Origin: Histomonas meleagridis 2922-C6/04-290x
Taxonomy: Eukaryota; Protista; Parabasalia
NCBI GenBank assembly: GCA_020184695.1
Contig: JAANOX010000198.1
Span: 62,001 to 126,000, forward strand
Direction of reading: 5' to 3'
Length of the DNA stretch: 64,000 nt
Positions 24,378-35,395 of the stretch are shown one piece after another (positions within the stretch are counted from its first letter, which is position 1; each line of letters opens with the position of its first letter). A model generated the notes under the pieces. That model did no database searches. It saw only the letters and a program-made list of their open reading frames with translations, and was not told the DNA's origin. A program made the position numbers and the translations under genes.

Positions 24378-24860
24378 GATCTGGCCCGAAAATTCGTATG
24401 TACTCTTTATTGCTTAGATCTTCGACTTTTTCATCTTCATCATTTGCAAAATCTTCGAACTCAAAATGTTCCATTCACCATTCAGAGTATTAGTACTGAT
24501 TCTATTCCATGCAACAATAATTTGATCGGCAATTTCCCATCGATCAATTTTTCCTCCTTCATACTTATGATAATGTTCCCTCTATATTTGTTTAACGTAA
24601 GCTTTCAATACACCAAATACTTTCCTATCCGAAGGTTGCAACTCATCTGTACTTCCAGGAGGAATAAACGTTAATTCTTTTCCTAGTTCAGCAGCCTTTT
24701 CCTTTACTTTCTCTGTTCTGTGTGGTGCATAAGTATCAATTATTAATGCACATTTTTTCTTAACAAATTTTTTAAAAATTTCTAACACTGATTCCTAACA
24801 CTTCAGGAAGCACCTCTAACATTTCTTTTTCTTCCTATCATAATTTTTCGGGCTCAGAGT
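24378..24860 (-). mobile_element. Internally deleted pogo/Tc5-like (DDE_1) transposon remnant
   Basis: LIIDTYAPHRT...FIPPGSTDELQPSD matches the DxxxxH...PPxxTxxLQPxD motif; short imperfect IR ctggcccgaaaatt (24381) / aatttttcgggctcag (24842). Confidence 0.7.
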
Positions 24861-24902
24861 CGAAATCATTCAAAAAGGTTAAAATTGATGAAAATAATAT
24901 TT

Positions 24903-25796
24903 TTATTTAAAATATTTTGATTCAAGTGCCTCTTTTGCTGTTGGCCTTTGGTTCATATCCAATGTCAGCAAAGATTTCATCAGCTCAATGAGTTCTTCGC
25001 TTTGTAAGTTTGCACGTTTTGGAGAAAAAAACGTTTCAATATCGGCGGTTTTCTCCATTTCGAATTTTTGCGAATAGCACTCAGGTATTTTCTTTCCGAG
25101 GCTCTCCGCGTATTCAAGAATCCTCCTTCCGCCAAAGAACTTCGTCATCTCGACCAAATGACCCCATTGATTTCGGGAATCCCATGGAAGTTTAAAATCA
25201 CAAAGAATTAAAAGAATGAGTGTGCCAACAGCCCAAATGTCTCCTTTTGTCCCAAACTTTTCCGATTGAAACAGCATCTCTGGAGAACGCATGGTACGAG
25301 ATCCAATAGATGATGGCATAGAAGATGAAAGCCGACATGAAGAACCCCAGTCAATAATGGTGACGTCGTCAAATTCTGGTGAAACTATGATGTTTGACAT
25401 TGTAAGATCAGCATGAATAAAACCTTTAGAATGGACTGATTCAAGACATTCAAGAATAGACTTTAATAAAAATTTGATTCGTTCAGGAGTGAGTTGATCT
25501 ATTAATTTTTTGCTGCTAATTCCTTGTTTAAATTCCATAATTAGAATGGGACAATCAGTTGGTGCAGCTATTAATTTTATAACATGTGGACATTGTTGGA
25601 TTTCACTTAGTATTTGTCCTTCATTATTGGAAAAAATATTATTAGATGGATTTAGAATTTTTACGGCAACATCTTGATTATCTTGCCAAATGCCTTTATA
25701 AACGCTTGCAAATCTTCCACGTCCTATTTCGTTTTCAATTCTCAAACCTGGGTAGTTTAAAGAAAGTGCATAAGATTCGAATTCTTTATCCCGCAT
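24903..25796 (-). CDS. CK2-alpha-like CMGC protein kinase (atypical catalytic loop)
   Basis: GRGRFASV, VAVK, HADLTMSN, IIDWG, RSPEML, DIWAVG, RPTAKEAL. Confidence 0.8.
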   Translation of the reverse strand: MRDKEFESYALSLNYPGLRIENEIGRGRFASVYKGIWQDNQDVAVKILNPSNNIFSNNEGQILSEIQQCPHVIKLIAAPTDCPILIMEFKQGISSKKLIDQLTPERIKFLLKSILECLESVHSKGFIHADLTMSNIIVSPEFDDVTIIDWGSSCRLSSSMPSSIGSRTMRSPEMLFQSEKFGTKGDIWAVGTLILLILCDFKLPWDSRNQWGHLVEMTKFFGGRRILEYAESLGKKIPECYSQKFEMEKTADIETFFSPKRANLQSEELIELMKSLLTLDMNQRPTAKEALESKYFK

Positions 25797-26027
25797 TTTT
25801 ACATCGACCGTTTATAATATGAATGCAAAAAATTTTTTTGTTATAATAATAAATCTTCTTTCATATTTTTTTTTTTTAGAAATGAAAATAAAAATGCATA
25901 TAAATTTTATTGCTTCATTTCTCTGAATAATTTTTTTTCTTTTCTTCAAATGCATTTTAATAAACACAATTAATTAATAAATTAAACATAAAATGTTTTC
26001 TATTTACATTTTTATTTAAATTTTTAT

Positions 26028-29000
26028 CTAATCCACTTTCATTTGAATTGTACTTTCGCCACTTTTATTTTTCGTTACTAATTTTCCGCCTTCATCGCCC
26101 CAAAAGTATTGTGTGTTCTCCACCATTTCTGTGCTATATGATTGTTTAAACGTAATAACATCGCCGTCATCAGTCATCAGAATATTAATTCTAATTAAAA
26201 ACAAAATTTTATCATCAAAACATTTCAACAATGCGAATTTTCCACTTAAGTCGAAATCGATTGAAGAAATGTTATTACAATCGATTTTATCTTCTCCTTT
26301 AAGAGAAATTCCATTTTTATATTGATAAACAATCAATTTCAAAGTGGAATTTTTATATATGTATGAAATATATTTAAACTTTAAGTTAAACGAAATAATT
26401 TTACATTTGTTATTCAATTCGGAAATTAATTTTAATGAATCATCTTCATTTAATAATAAGAAACCATCCATTAACATGAACAAAAATTGTTCGATTTCAG
26501 TAACATTCTTAAACAATAATAAAATTTTCGAGTTAAACAAATTAATTAATTTCTTAAACAAAACATAAATCAATTCTTTATTTTGATCCTTAATTAAGTT
26601 TTTAATAAAAATAATACATGAAGAAGTCACTTTCTTAAACAAAACTTTAAATGAATAATCATCCAAATGATTATTATTTAAGTTATTAATAATCGAGAAA
26701 AAAAGTTTTTTAAAGAAATCATTAGTTAAATATTTTCCATATCTATCGATTCCTCTCGCTAAAAGTTCTCTAACGAAAGGACCGAATTCATTTGATTGCA
26801 CACCGGATATTAATTGTATCACATTACTTTGTATATACTCATCATTTAATTTATCCAAAATAGTATCAGCTATAAAACATCTCAAAAAAGTAAAAACATT
26901 TCGATAATTCGGAAAACATTTTGCTGCATCCCTTAATTTATCGATCCAAACTAATCTCAATTTAGAATCATAAGAAGAAACTAATCTCAAAAGTAAATCA
27001 TGTCGATATATATCACATGAAAACAAAAATGTCATTAAATGAAATATCGATGGTCGTTGGAAATGTGAAATTTTTTGTATGGCGCTTATATCCAAATGAA
27101 ACATTTCTTCGATATAATTTGATATTATTTTGTTCTCTTTCATTGCAGTCGATATTATTATTCGACATGCAAATATTATCGATGAAGCTAATGGTGATAT
27201 TTGCCAATGTGAACGACGATTAAATTTAATATTTGGGAAATGAATTGTTTGAACATAATGATGACCTACGAAACCGAATTGGAATTGTAATTTAGAATGA
27301 TATTTAAACTTAGTCTTAAAGAAATGTCGAGTATTTTCAGATAGTACTCCAAACAACAAAGAAAAGTTTGGAATTTTTCGAATGATATTATTAATTTCTT
27401 CTTTAGAATTCTCTTTAAATATATTTTGGATAACTTTACTATATTTGTTTATATGAATAATTGGGATTTGTAATGATAATGACCCGATTTTTAATGGTTG
27501 TATATTAATGCCATAACATTCATTCGATATGAATGTAAATGGGATATATTGTTCATTTAAATGATGCATTATAATAAACTTTTTATTCCCAGTAACTATC
27601 GATTCTAAATTACCGGATAATAATGACCAAAAATATAATGAATTAGCTTCAACTAATAATATTTTCGTAGGAGGATGATACCAAATCGATTTAATTCGGC
27701 CATCATGTCCTGTCATTATACGTTTACTTTGTAATTCATTTAAGTTTATCAATGACAATACATTATTTCTTGTACGAAATATTACACAATTATCAATTTC
27801 GGTATTCGTTTGATATTTTACTCGTAAAATTGATACGACTGGCATTGTGAATTGACAAAAACTTGCTTTTAATTCAAACGATTCTAAATCGAATATAAAG
27901 ACTAAACAATCATCACCAGAAGTAATTAAATAATTCTTTGTTGAACACATTGATACTACTCTGCCATTATGTTTTGTAGTTATATAAAAGTTCTTCGATG
28001 GATGAATCCTTCGAATATGAATTTCTCCATTTTCTGATCCTTCTGCTAATGCTATAATGTTATCATTCTTCATGATAAAACATTGCGCTGTTATTGGATT
28101 ATTATTTTTAATAAACGCGTTTTGATGTATTGAACATTCTTTAAAATTATGTGATGAAATACATATAATATCATCAAACCCTAAGACAATGTTATCTTTA
28201 AAACCTGTAATGATCGGTTGATCTAATGGTGATGATGTTACATTGATAATGTTATCTGGCTTCATAACAGTAGCTTTACTTGTTTGGATTTGATTGATTT
28301 TGGTGGATAATGAGTCAGGTATAATGTTCTCTTTGATTAAATCAATGTTTGGATCTTGTGGATTAGAAAATGGATTTAATAAATCATCAATCTCATTGAC
28401 CATGTTGGAATACGTTTGATCCATACATTCGGTTTTACTACGTAATTGATCAGGATTACGTATTAATGATGAAACAATGTCAATATGTGTGTACGTAGAT
28501 TGAGATTTATGAACATTGTAAACTGACAAATGTCCATTCATCTCAATCAAGGCAAATTTGGTGGTGTTTATCCATATGCATTGGATAATAGGTGAGTCAG
28601 TGTCACTATGATATGATGGGAAATGTTGATATTTCAAATCAATGAGATAAAATGATTGTGGACAGATCGCTAAAAGATAAGAAAAATCGGGCGAAGGCGT
28701 TGCTGAGATAAAGTCATTGTTCTCAGGTGGAGTTATAAGACGGATTTTTTGTGTATTTGTGAAATTCGGAAACTTGGTGGAATATGTAGCACAACCATTG
28801 GAATCAAATGTAAAAAGCCATTCTGTGCATTGAGTAACATAAAATGAAATACAGACAACAAAACTGGAGGATGGATGAATCATTTGGGTTATTGAACCAT
28901 CACTTAAATTAACAATAAAAATAGGCGCAAATGCTCCAGAAACTATTGCAAAGTCTACGCATAATTCAGAAATTGTCATCCTTTGACATCCATTCGGTAA

Positions 29001-29369
29001 AATTCGATCAAATTTACGGATACAAATTCCATCAACAACACTCCACACACAAATTGTACCATCAAAAGATAAGGATGCGACTCCACATTTGATAATTGGA
29101 ATCTTGCAATTTGCAAATTGAACAATTTTTGTTCTATGTCCAAATGAGCATGAAATTGGCATTTCTCTGTCATGTAAAATAAAAAACCTTGCTATTTCCC
29201 CATAATATGATCCTGCAAAAATTATTCCTTCAATATCTTCTTTGAAATCATATGCTTCTGTGGTAATATTACTAATTTCACACACATGTAGGGCTGAAAT
29301 GTTGAATTTTAATGGCTTCAAACGTTTCCAATCAACGAGGGAAACACTTAGATCAGGAACAGCCCACAT
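26028..29369 (-). CDS. Large WD40-repeat protein, WDR7/WDR72 (rabconnectin-3 beta)-like
   Basis: GHRTKIV...SLSFDGTICVWSVVDGICIRKF; second propeller SGDDCLVFIFD, GHDGRIKSIWY; helical C-terminus. Confidence 0.65.
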   Translation of the reverse strand: MWAVPDLSVSLVDWKRLKPLKFNISALHVCEISNITTEAYDFKEDIEGIIFAGSYYGEIARFFILHDREMPISCSFGHRTKIVQFANCKIPIIKCGVASLSFDGTICVWSVVDGICIRKFDRILPNGCQRMTISELCVDFAIVSGAFAPIFIVNLSDGSITQMIHPSSSFVVCISFYVTQCTEWLFTFDSNGCATYSTKFPNFTNTQKIRLITPPENNDFISATPSPDFSYLLAICPQSFYLIDLKYQHFPSYHSDTDSPIIQCIWINTTKFALIEMNGHLSVYNVHKSQSTYTHIDIVSSLIRNPDQLRSKTECMDQTYSNMVNEIDDLLNPFSNPQDPNIDLIKENIIPDSLSTKINQIQTSKATVMKPDNIINVTSSPLDQPIITGFKDNIVLGFDDIICISSHNFKECSIHQNAFIKNNNPITAQCFIMKNDNIIALAEGSENGEIHIRRIHPSKNFYITTKHNGRVVSMCSTKNYLITSGDDCLVFIFDLESFELKASFCQFTMPVVSILRVKYQTNTEIDNCVIFRTRNNVLSLINLNELQSKRIMTGHDGRIKSIWYHPPTKILLVEANSLYFWSLLSGNLESIVTGNKKFIIMHHLNEQYIPFTFISNECYGINIQPLKIGSLSLQIPIIHINKYSKVIQNIFKENSKEEINNIIRKIPNFSLLFGVLSENTRHFFKTKFKYHSKLQFQFGFVGHHYVQTIHFPNIKFNRRSHWQISPLASSIIFACRIIISTAMKENKIISNYIEEMFHLDISAIQKISHFQRPSIFHLMTFLFSCDIYRHDLLLRLVSSYDSKLRLVWIDKLRDAAKCFPNYRNVFTFLRCFIADTILDKLNDEYIQSNVIQLISGVQSNEFGPFVRELLARGIDRYGKYLTNDFFKKLFFSIINNLNNNHLDDYSFKVLFKKVTSSCIIFIKNLIKDQNKELIYVLFKKLINLFNSKILLLFKNVTEIEQFLFMLMDGFLLLNEDDSLKLISELNNKCKIISFNLKFKYISYIYKNSTLKLIVYQYKNGISLKGEDKIDCNNISSIDFDLSGKFALLKCFDDKILFLIRINILMTDDGDVITFKQSYSTEMVENTQYFWGDEGGKLVTKNKSGESTIQMKVD

Positions 29370-29447
29370 AAATTTTTAGGGTACCCCCATTAACATGTTT
29401 AGAATTTATCCAAACAAACTTAGGCAATTCCAGACAAACAAAAAAAA

Positions 29448-29684
29448 ATGGAAAACATCATCAACGAAAAGATTGATGAAATGGAAATCAAGACAAAAAA
29501 GGTTGAAATCAGATTAAACAACTATTTGAAAAGAAATAGTTTACCAATTTATACAAATTCTAAAATTGTAAAGAAATCAAATAAGACATGTTCCAGATAT
29601 TTATCAGCTTTTGCAGTACTGCTGATTGTCGTACTTGTTGTTATTGCCAGAAACTTTTTGAACTTCGATAGATTTATTTATTAA
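29448..29684 (+). CDS. Small tail-anchored coiled-coil membrane protein
   Basis: 78 aa, ATG start, single C-terminal hydrophobic helix. Confidence 0.5.
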   Translation: MENIINEKIDEMEIKTKKVEIRLNNYLKRNSLPIYTNSKIVKKSNKTCSRYLSAFAVLLIVVLVVIARNFLNFDRFIY

Positions 29685-29991
29685 ATATTAGATTTTAAAA
29701 AAATCAGTTTTTATTTTCAAGATATGCTTTCAGCTTCTGTAATTTTAAAGAAAGAATATTTAAAGCGTATAAATTTATTTCATTTTTGAATTAATTGTGT
29801 ACTTTTATATACATTCATTTTTTTAAATAAAAAGTAGCTTGAGTTGTGATTTGTTAGCAAGCAAAATGAGTTTGTTTTTTTTCATAACTTATGAGGAGGA
29901 GATTTTTAACTCGGTTCGAGTAAAATAAGAAAATCCTATCGTCATTGAAAGTATGAACATTTTTTTATAGAATCATATTCACAAGCCAAAA

Positions 29992-30468
29992 ATGGTCGAA
30001 GCTCCAATTGATAAATCAAAGATACAATACCGTAGATATAAAGGAGAGGAAGAAATCCAAGCAATATTCAAAATAATTGATGAAGAGTTATCAGAACCAT
30101 ACGGTCTTTTTACTTATCGTTATTTCATGGATTGTTGCCCACAACATTGTTTAGTTGCTACATATAACGATGAAATTGTCGGTACTATAATAGGAAGAGA
30201 AACACCCAAAGAAAACTTTAAAAAAGGATACATTGCAATGCTTGTTGTTCTTAAACAATACCGTAAATGCGGCATTGGAAGAAACCTTGCTGTCCAACTT
30301 ATCAATGAAATGAAGAAAACATGCAAAGTTGTATCATTGGATGCTGAATATGATAATGTTCCAGCTCTTCATCTTTATGAATCATTAGGTTTTGTAAGAA
30401 CAAAACGTCTTTTCAGGTATTATCTTAATGGCAACCAAGCATATCGTTTGAAAATATGGTTCCCATAA
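29992..30468 (+). CDS. NAA30: N-alpha-acetyltransferase 30 (NatC catalytic subunit, Mak3)
   Basis: LSEPYGLFTYRYF, GYIAMLVV, RKCGIG, LYESLGF, KRLFRYYLNG. Confidence 0.9.
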   Translation: MVEAPIDKSKIQYRRYKGEEEIQAIFKIIDEELSEPYGLFTYRYFMDCCPQHCLVATYNDEIVGTIIGRETPKENFKKGYIAMLVVLKQYRKCGIGRNLAVQLINEMKKTCKVVSLDAEYDNVPALHLYESLGFVRTKRLFRYYLNGNQAYRLKIWFP

Positions 30469-30518
30469 AAAAATGAGTAAAACTAATAATGTGATAATTC
30501 ACAAATAAAAAATGTTTT

Positions 30519-31097
30519 TTAAGCTCTCATATAGTTTAAGAGAAGGTTGTAATCATATGTTCCGTTGTCTTGATCAAATGCACGAGTTAATGTGATCGCT
30601 GCGTGTGGCGTAATTTGAGGGACAAAACTATTAAAAATTGATTTAGCTTCATCAACACTAACAATACCAGTCTTTCTTTTATCGTATTCTTCAAAAAGTG
30701 CTCGAATGCTTTTTGTACTTTGCTGACAAATTGTAGTTAATTTCTCAACTATAAGTGTGATGTTTGCCTCAGGGAAATCATCAGGGTTTGCTTCCATAAG
30801 GTTGAATGTATGAGGTGCAGCATCAATTAATTCAAAAACGCGACCAGATACATGGATCTTGGCTCCAACATAAAATGATGAAGCATCAAAGAACTGATTA
30901 GTAACTGGATCCCTAAGGCGTGTTCTTTGAAGGAATTTACCAGCTCTAAATCCAGAATTAGGAACTTCCATTTCAAAAACAGCAATTGTTTTATCATAAA
31001 GATAAAATGATACAACAAACTTACGTCTAAGATCTTCAGGGTACCTAGATTGCATTTTCGCAGAGAAGTTTAAAACTTGAGTTCTTTCGTCATCCAT
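30519..31097 (-). CDS. DM10 + EF-hand protein (EFHC1/Rib72 family, short form)
   Basis: VLNFSAKM...RKFVVSFYLYDKTIAVFE...NSGFRAGKFL is a DM10 domain; C-terminal EF-hand-like DKRKTGIVS. Confidence 0.8.
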   Translation of the reverse strand: MDDERTQVLNFSAKMQSRYPEDLRRKFVVSFYLYDKTIAVFEMEVPNSGFRAGKFLQRTRLRDPVTNQFFDASSFYVGAKIHVSGRVFELIDAAPHTFNLMEANPDDFPEANITLIVEKLTTICQQSTKSIRALFEEYDKRKTGIVSVDEAKSIFNSFVPQITPHAAITLTRAFDQDNGTYDYNLLLNYMRA

Positions 31098-31238
31098 TGG
31101 TTAATTTGAACTTTAACGTATTTTTTACACATTCTATTCAATAAAATTATCTTAACCAAATTTTGTTTTCTTATTTTTTATGAGCAATCTCCATAATTTC
31201 AATAATTTTTGGGCTTTAGAATTAAAAACAGATGTTTA

Positions 31239-31242
<4 letters not shown>

Positions 31243-31277
<35 letters not shown>
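31243..31277. repeat. (AT)n microsatellite
   Basis: ~17 AT units. Confidence 0.9.
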
Positions 31278-31281
<4 letters not shown>

Positions 31282-31817
31282 TAATATAATTTTTTTTAGT
31301 TTTCATTCTGTTTTTAAGTTATACAAGACTTTCAATATTAATAGACCAGAGCAAGTTCAAAAATCTGTCTTTGCAATTTTTTATAATTCATTTGTTCTAT
31401 AAATAGGATGATTCTTGAAACAATTTATTCATTTTTGGTAGTTAAGCATTTTTACTTTGATTCACAATAATTATCACATATCCATTTTTACTATAGTTTG
31501 CAGCTTTTGATTTGAGTGTTAGCGTTTATAGAACTCGTACGAGCACGTTCAATGAAGTGCAACATGTTATATTAATTTCATGTTAGCTTCAAATAACATA
31601 AATCTATTAAATTGTTATTGAACACATAAATTAAGAAAAACATGATTTACTTGTTCTTGGCGCATATGTAGAAATCAGAACAAAAATTTAACATATTAAA
31701 AATAATCCATACAAAAAAAATTTATTAATATTATGAAATAAATTAAAACAAATTAATATTGGCTGTATTACACAGAGTGAATAAGAATAAAAACAAATAT
31801 TTTTCTAAATCAACAAA

Positions 31818-32315
31818 TTAATGAATATCATCTAATACCAATCCATCATCTTCTTCAATTGTACCAGTTGGAGCACGATTAAGAGATAAATAACCAAATT
31901 GGAATTTAAAGAAGCTTCTCTGATACTTAGAAATTAGTATTAGCTGATAAATTCCAAATACAAAGAATTCTAAAAAATGTATAATTATCATTCCTATAAT
32001 TACAATAAAGTCAAAAGCACTTCTGGTTTCAACAAAAAATATCCATAAAAAATCTAAGATTATCATTGGTATTGCTGTTAAAATTAAAAATGCAACAAAT
32101 AACGGAACATTCCCAGTATTAAATCCTCTTGAAATTAAGAGTCTAAAGAATTCTACGACTGAAAATAATATAAATGTTAATAAAAATGTTTCATCATTAA
32201 ATCTTACGAAGAGTAGGCAAAAAAAGATCACGAATATTGCAGCAAAATATATTTTGTTGATGGTGATGATTTCTTGTAAGAAGACAAGTCTTGGATCACC
32301 ACCAAAGAGCTTCAT
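31818..32315 (-). CDS. TMEM17/TMEM216-like multi-pass membrane protein
   Basis: Four hydrophobic helices; VVEFFRLLISRGFNTGN resembles the E..RL.LG..GN motif. Confidence 0.55.
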   Translation of the reverse strand: MKLFGGDPRLVFLQEIITINKIYFAAIFVIFFCLLFVRFNDETFLLTFILFSVVEFFRLLISRGFNTGNVPLFVAFLILTAIPMIILDFLWIFFVETRSAFDFIVIIGMIIIHFLEFFVFGIYQLILISKYQRSFFKFQFGYLSLNRAPTGTIEEDDGLVLDDIH

Positions 32316-32551
32316 TGAAATCCCAGTTCTGATTGTACGTTAAAAAAATTCTATCGTTTATAAACGTTCGATCTAATTCTGATTGATTCTCGCATCCTTT
32401 TTATGAACATCAATACATATATGGACTTTATATGAAATTATTCATTTTGCTTTTTCAACCAAATAAGTTTTAAAAAAAGTTTATTATCAGAAAACGAGTG
32501 ATTAAATGATTCACTTGCTTAAAATTAAAATGAAAATAAAAAGGCAATATT

Positions 32552-33295
32552 TTATTCAGTCTTTTTGTTTTCATGGTTACCAATGATGATTGTGTGTTGT
32601 GGGTAGTCATTCTTAATAAGAAGGATTTTCAAGAACAATGAAAAAACTGTGATATATTGGAATACAGCGCCAAGGCTGTACATTCGCTTAGATTTCCTGA
32701 AAACTTGGATGAGAATAAGATAAGAAATTGCAATCAGAAATGAAATATATGGAAGTGCAAATGAAAATGATTTGACTTTGATGCCTGCCTTTCGAGCGAG
32801 AATATCAGTGATTATAAAGTATATTAAAATTGTTAAAAAGAATACATTTGCTGAATGAATGTGTATGTAAAAATGATCTTTAAGTGTAACATTTGCTATT
32901 GTTGCTAAGCTAATACATATTACAGGAATCATGCATGATGTAATGCTAAGAAGGATGCTTTTCTTGTTCATGCAACTACGAATAATTTTTTGACGAAGGC
33001 TGAACAAAATAAAACCAACAAACGCTGTAATATTCATTCCTATTACAAAAATTCTGCTTTGAGGAAAGCTATTAACAGTTTCTGATATTGTCTTTATTGG
33101 GAACAAATTGTGTTTAGAATAAAAAATGACCCAACTTATTATGATTGATGAGGACGCAAATATTGTTACAAAGTAATATAATGGGTTAAGTGATTTAATA
33201 TTTACTGTTATAGGCATTTGAAATTTGGCAGAAAATAGATTTGGAGCACCCCAATAGAAAAATTGATCGTTCGGCCAAACAACGGTTCGTTCCAA
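32552..33295 (-). CDS. Frag1/DRAM/Sfk1-family membrane protein
   Basis: TISETVNSFPQSRIFVIGMN, IHSANVFF; ~6 TM helices. Confidence 0.75.
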   Translation of the reverse strand: MERTVVWPNDQFFYWGAPNLFSAKFQMPITVNIKSLNPLYYFVTIFASSSIIISWVIFYSKHNLFPIKTISETVNSFPQSRIFVIGMNITAFVGFILFSLRQKIIRSCMNKKSILLSITSCMIPVICISLATIANVTLKDHFYIHIHSANVFFLTILIYFIITDILARKAGIKVKSFSFALPYISFLIAISYLILIQVFRKSKRMYSLGAVFQYITVFSLFLKILLIKNDYPQHTIIIGNHENKKTE

Positions 33296-33406
33296 ATTTT
33301 TAATTCAAAATGTGTTACATAATCTTTACAAACACATGTAAAAGGGAATCAGAAGTTTAGATTTGATGTTAGTTAATTATAGTTTTATTATGATAGACTA
33401 TAAAAT

Positions 33407-33630
33407 TCATGATTTCACTTTTTGTAAGGGAAACATCACATGATATTTTTCTTCTGAATAACTGCCTAATCCTGTGTTGCCCATATACTTTTCCCAACGG
33501 CCTCTTACAACGTAGGTCCCATCACCGTGAGAATGCATTTTATATTCAGCGCTTTCAAGTGCCCCATTGATTTTGACTAAAAGATGATCAAGCAATTTTT
33601 TGACGATCGAAAAGCACGGAAAAAGCCATT
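33407..33630 (-). CDS. Small hypothetical protein (probable homopolymer frameshift near the start)
   Basis: GC-richer codon-like stretch; removing one T after ATG-GCT gives MAFPCFSIVKKLLDHLLVKING. Confidence 0.4.
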
Positions 33631-33889
33631 TTCAACGGTTAATAATATGAAAAAGTAAATCTTTTTGATAAAAATGCCGGCTCCTCTCAAAATGGCAGAC
33701 GTTTGTGTCAAAAATGACGTTGAACCGCATATTATTATCAAAAAGTGAAAACATCAAAAATTTGATAACTTGTTTGTCAATTATTTCAAATTTTGAATAA
33801 TTAGAAATGGTTGAATTATAATTCAATTGATATGGCATTTTTTTCCTACCTAAAACACAGTTAAAGCCATTTATCAGTTCACAAATCAA

Positions 33890-35005
33890 ATGTTCTTCCT
33901 CCTTATTGTTTGTTCTTTATCAGATTTCCAACGTATTGTTTTCACAAAGAATCTTGATGAATGCAAACCTGAAATACGAGAAGAAGAATTGAAGTTGGAT
34001 TGCACAAGTATATCATCTGAAATTTTTTGTGATAACTATATCGAATATCTTAAAGTATCAAACGATAACACTGTTTGCGAATTTGATAATTCAAAGCTCT
34101 CAAAGATTGAGAGTTTGGTAAAATCGGATTTTGTATCAATAATTCCGATGTACTCATATTCGGAGGAAATTGGTGACTTTTCAAGTATTTCTGGAAAACA
34201 TAGTGTATGGATTGGATCATCTAATGGTACCTTTGCCAGTGCTGATGTTTCAAATTCAATTCCACTTCTTGTTTTCGAAGGGTCTCGTTATAAATTTAAA
34301 GGGAAATTCAAGGGCGATCACATAGTATTTTATAATCTTAATTCTCATTCATTTAACATAAATGATATTGAAGCAAATCATATTTATAGTGATGATCTTT
34401 CTTTAATTAAAGCATCTAATGCAAAAGAAAAAACATACATTGTGGGAAAACTCGAAAAGATTGTAGTTAGCGACGATACTTATACAATACACACTCCAGG
34501 AGGATTTACGGATACATTATCATCAGATATTTCGATTATGGTAGATCCATATCCCATATCATCATATAATATTGAAATTGAACAAGAAAAAGGAATAAGT
34601 TCTGCTAAAACATTAAAAATATTATTTGAAGAACCAGAAATAGCATTTAATTCTAATCTTTATGGTAATTCATATATACTTGAGAAAGGAGATAAAATTA
34701 AAGATATTGACAAACTCATTGAAGCAAAAGTTGGATTTGATTTTAAAGGTGATTGGGATAATTTAAAGGATTTTAAGTTGGATTTAACAATTTATACATC
34801 AAGTAAAGATAAAATCGATACTTCTGGCATTCCAAATTCTGTTTCATATGAAATAAAAGAAGATGACACATTTGGGAAAGCAGATAATGGCTTATCGAAA
34901 GGTATAATAGCTGTCATTGTCGTAGTTGTTGTTGTTGTTGTAATAATTATTGTTGTTGTCATTATTATCGTCATTAAAAAGAAGAAGAAGCAGAGTTCAA
35001 GTTAA
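33890..35005 (+). CDS. Type I single-pass surface membrane protein
   Basis: Signal-peptide-like N-terminus, C-terminal V/I-rich TM followed by KKKKK. Confidence 0.8.
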   Translation: MFFLLIVCSLSDFQRIVFTKNLDECKPEIREEELKLDCTSISSEIFCDNYIEYLKVSNDNTVCEFDNSKLSKIESLVKSDFVSIIPMYSYSEEIGDFSSISGKHSVWIGSSNGTFASADVSNSIPLLVFEGSRYKFKGKFKGDHIVFYNLNSHSFNINDIEANHIYSDDLSLIKASNAKEKTYIVGKLEKIVVSDDTYTIHTPGGFTDTLSSDISIMVDPYPISSYNIEIEQEKGISSAKTLKILFEEPEIAFNSNLYGNSYILEKGDKIKDIDKLIEAKVGFDFKGDWDNLKDFKLDLTIYTSSKDKIDTSGIPNSVSYEIKEDDTFGKADNGLSKGIIAVIVVVVVVVVIIIVVVIIIVIKKKKKQSSS

Positions 35006-35395
35006 ATACCTTAAATAAAAACTGAATTCATTTTAATTGTTAAACAAAAAGATAGTATTTGAATAATAAATTACAGAAGTACATTCTGAAATGAGGTTAA
35101 CCAAAGTTGGCAAATACTTGGAAATGATAAAAAATAAATTAATGTGATACATATATTACTACAATGTATGAAATGTGTGATTTCAGTATGAATCTCGAAA
35201 ATGTAATAATATTCTCAGAAAAGATTTTACTGTTAAAAAAATATTTATTTAATAAATTCTATAAGAAAATAACAATTGTTTAATTACAAAATATTTATTT
35301 CAAACGCAAAACACATTGTTTTAATATACAAATTACTATATATCTTAAATTTCTATGATCGAAGTAATATAACAAAACTACTTCAACTCCTAAAT

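Noticed and set aside
24794-24806. Parabasalid intron 3' motif look-alike (cctaacacttcag)
   Set aside because: Wrong spacing versus ACTAACACACAG, no matching 5' site, and it lies antisense within a transposase remnant.
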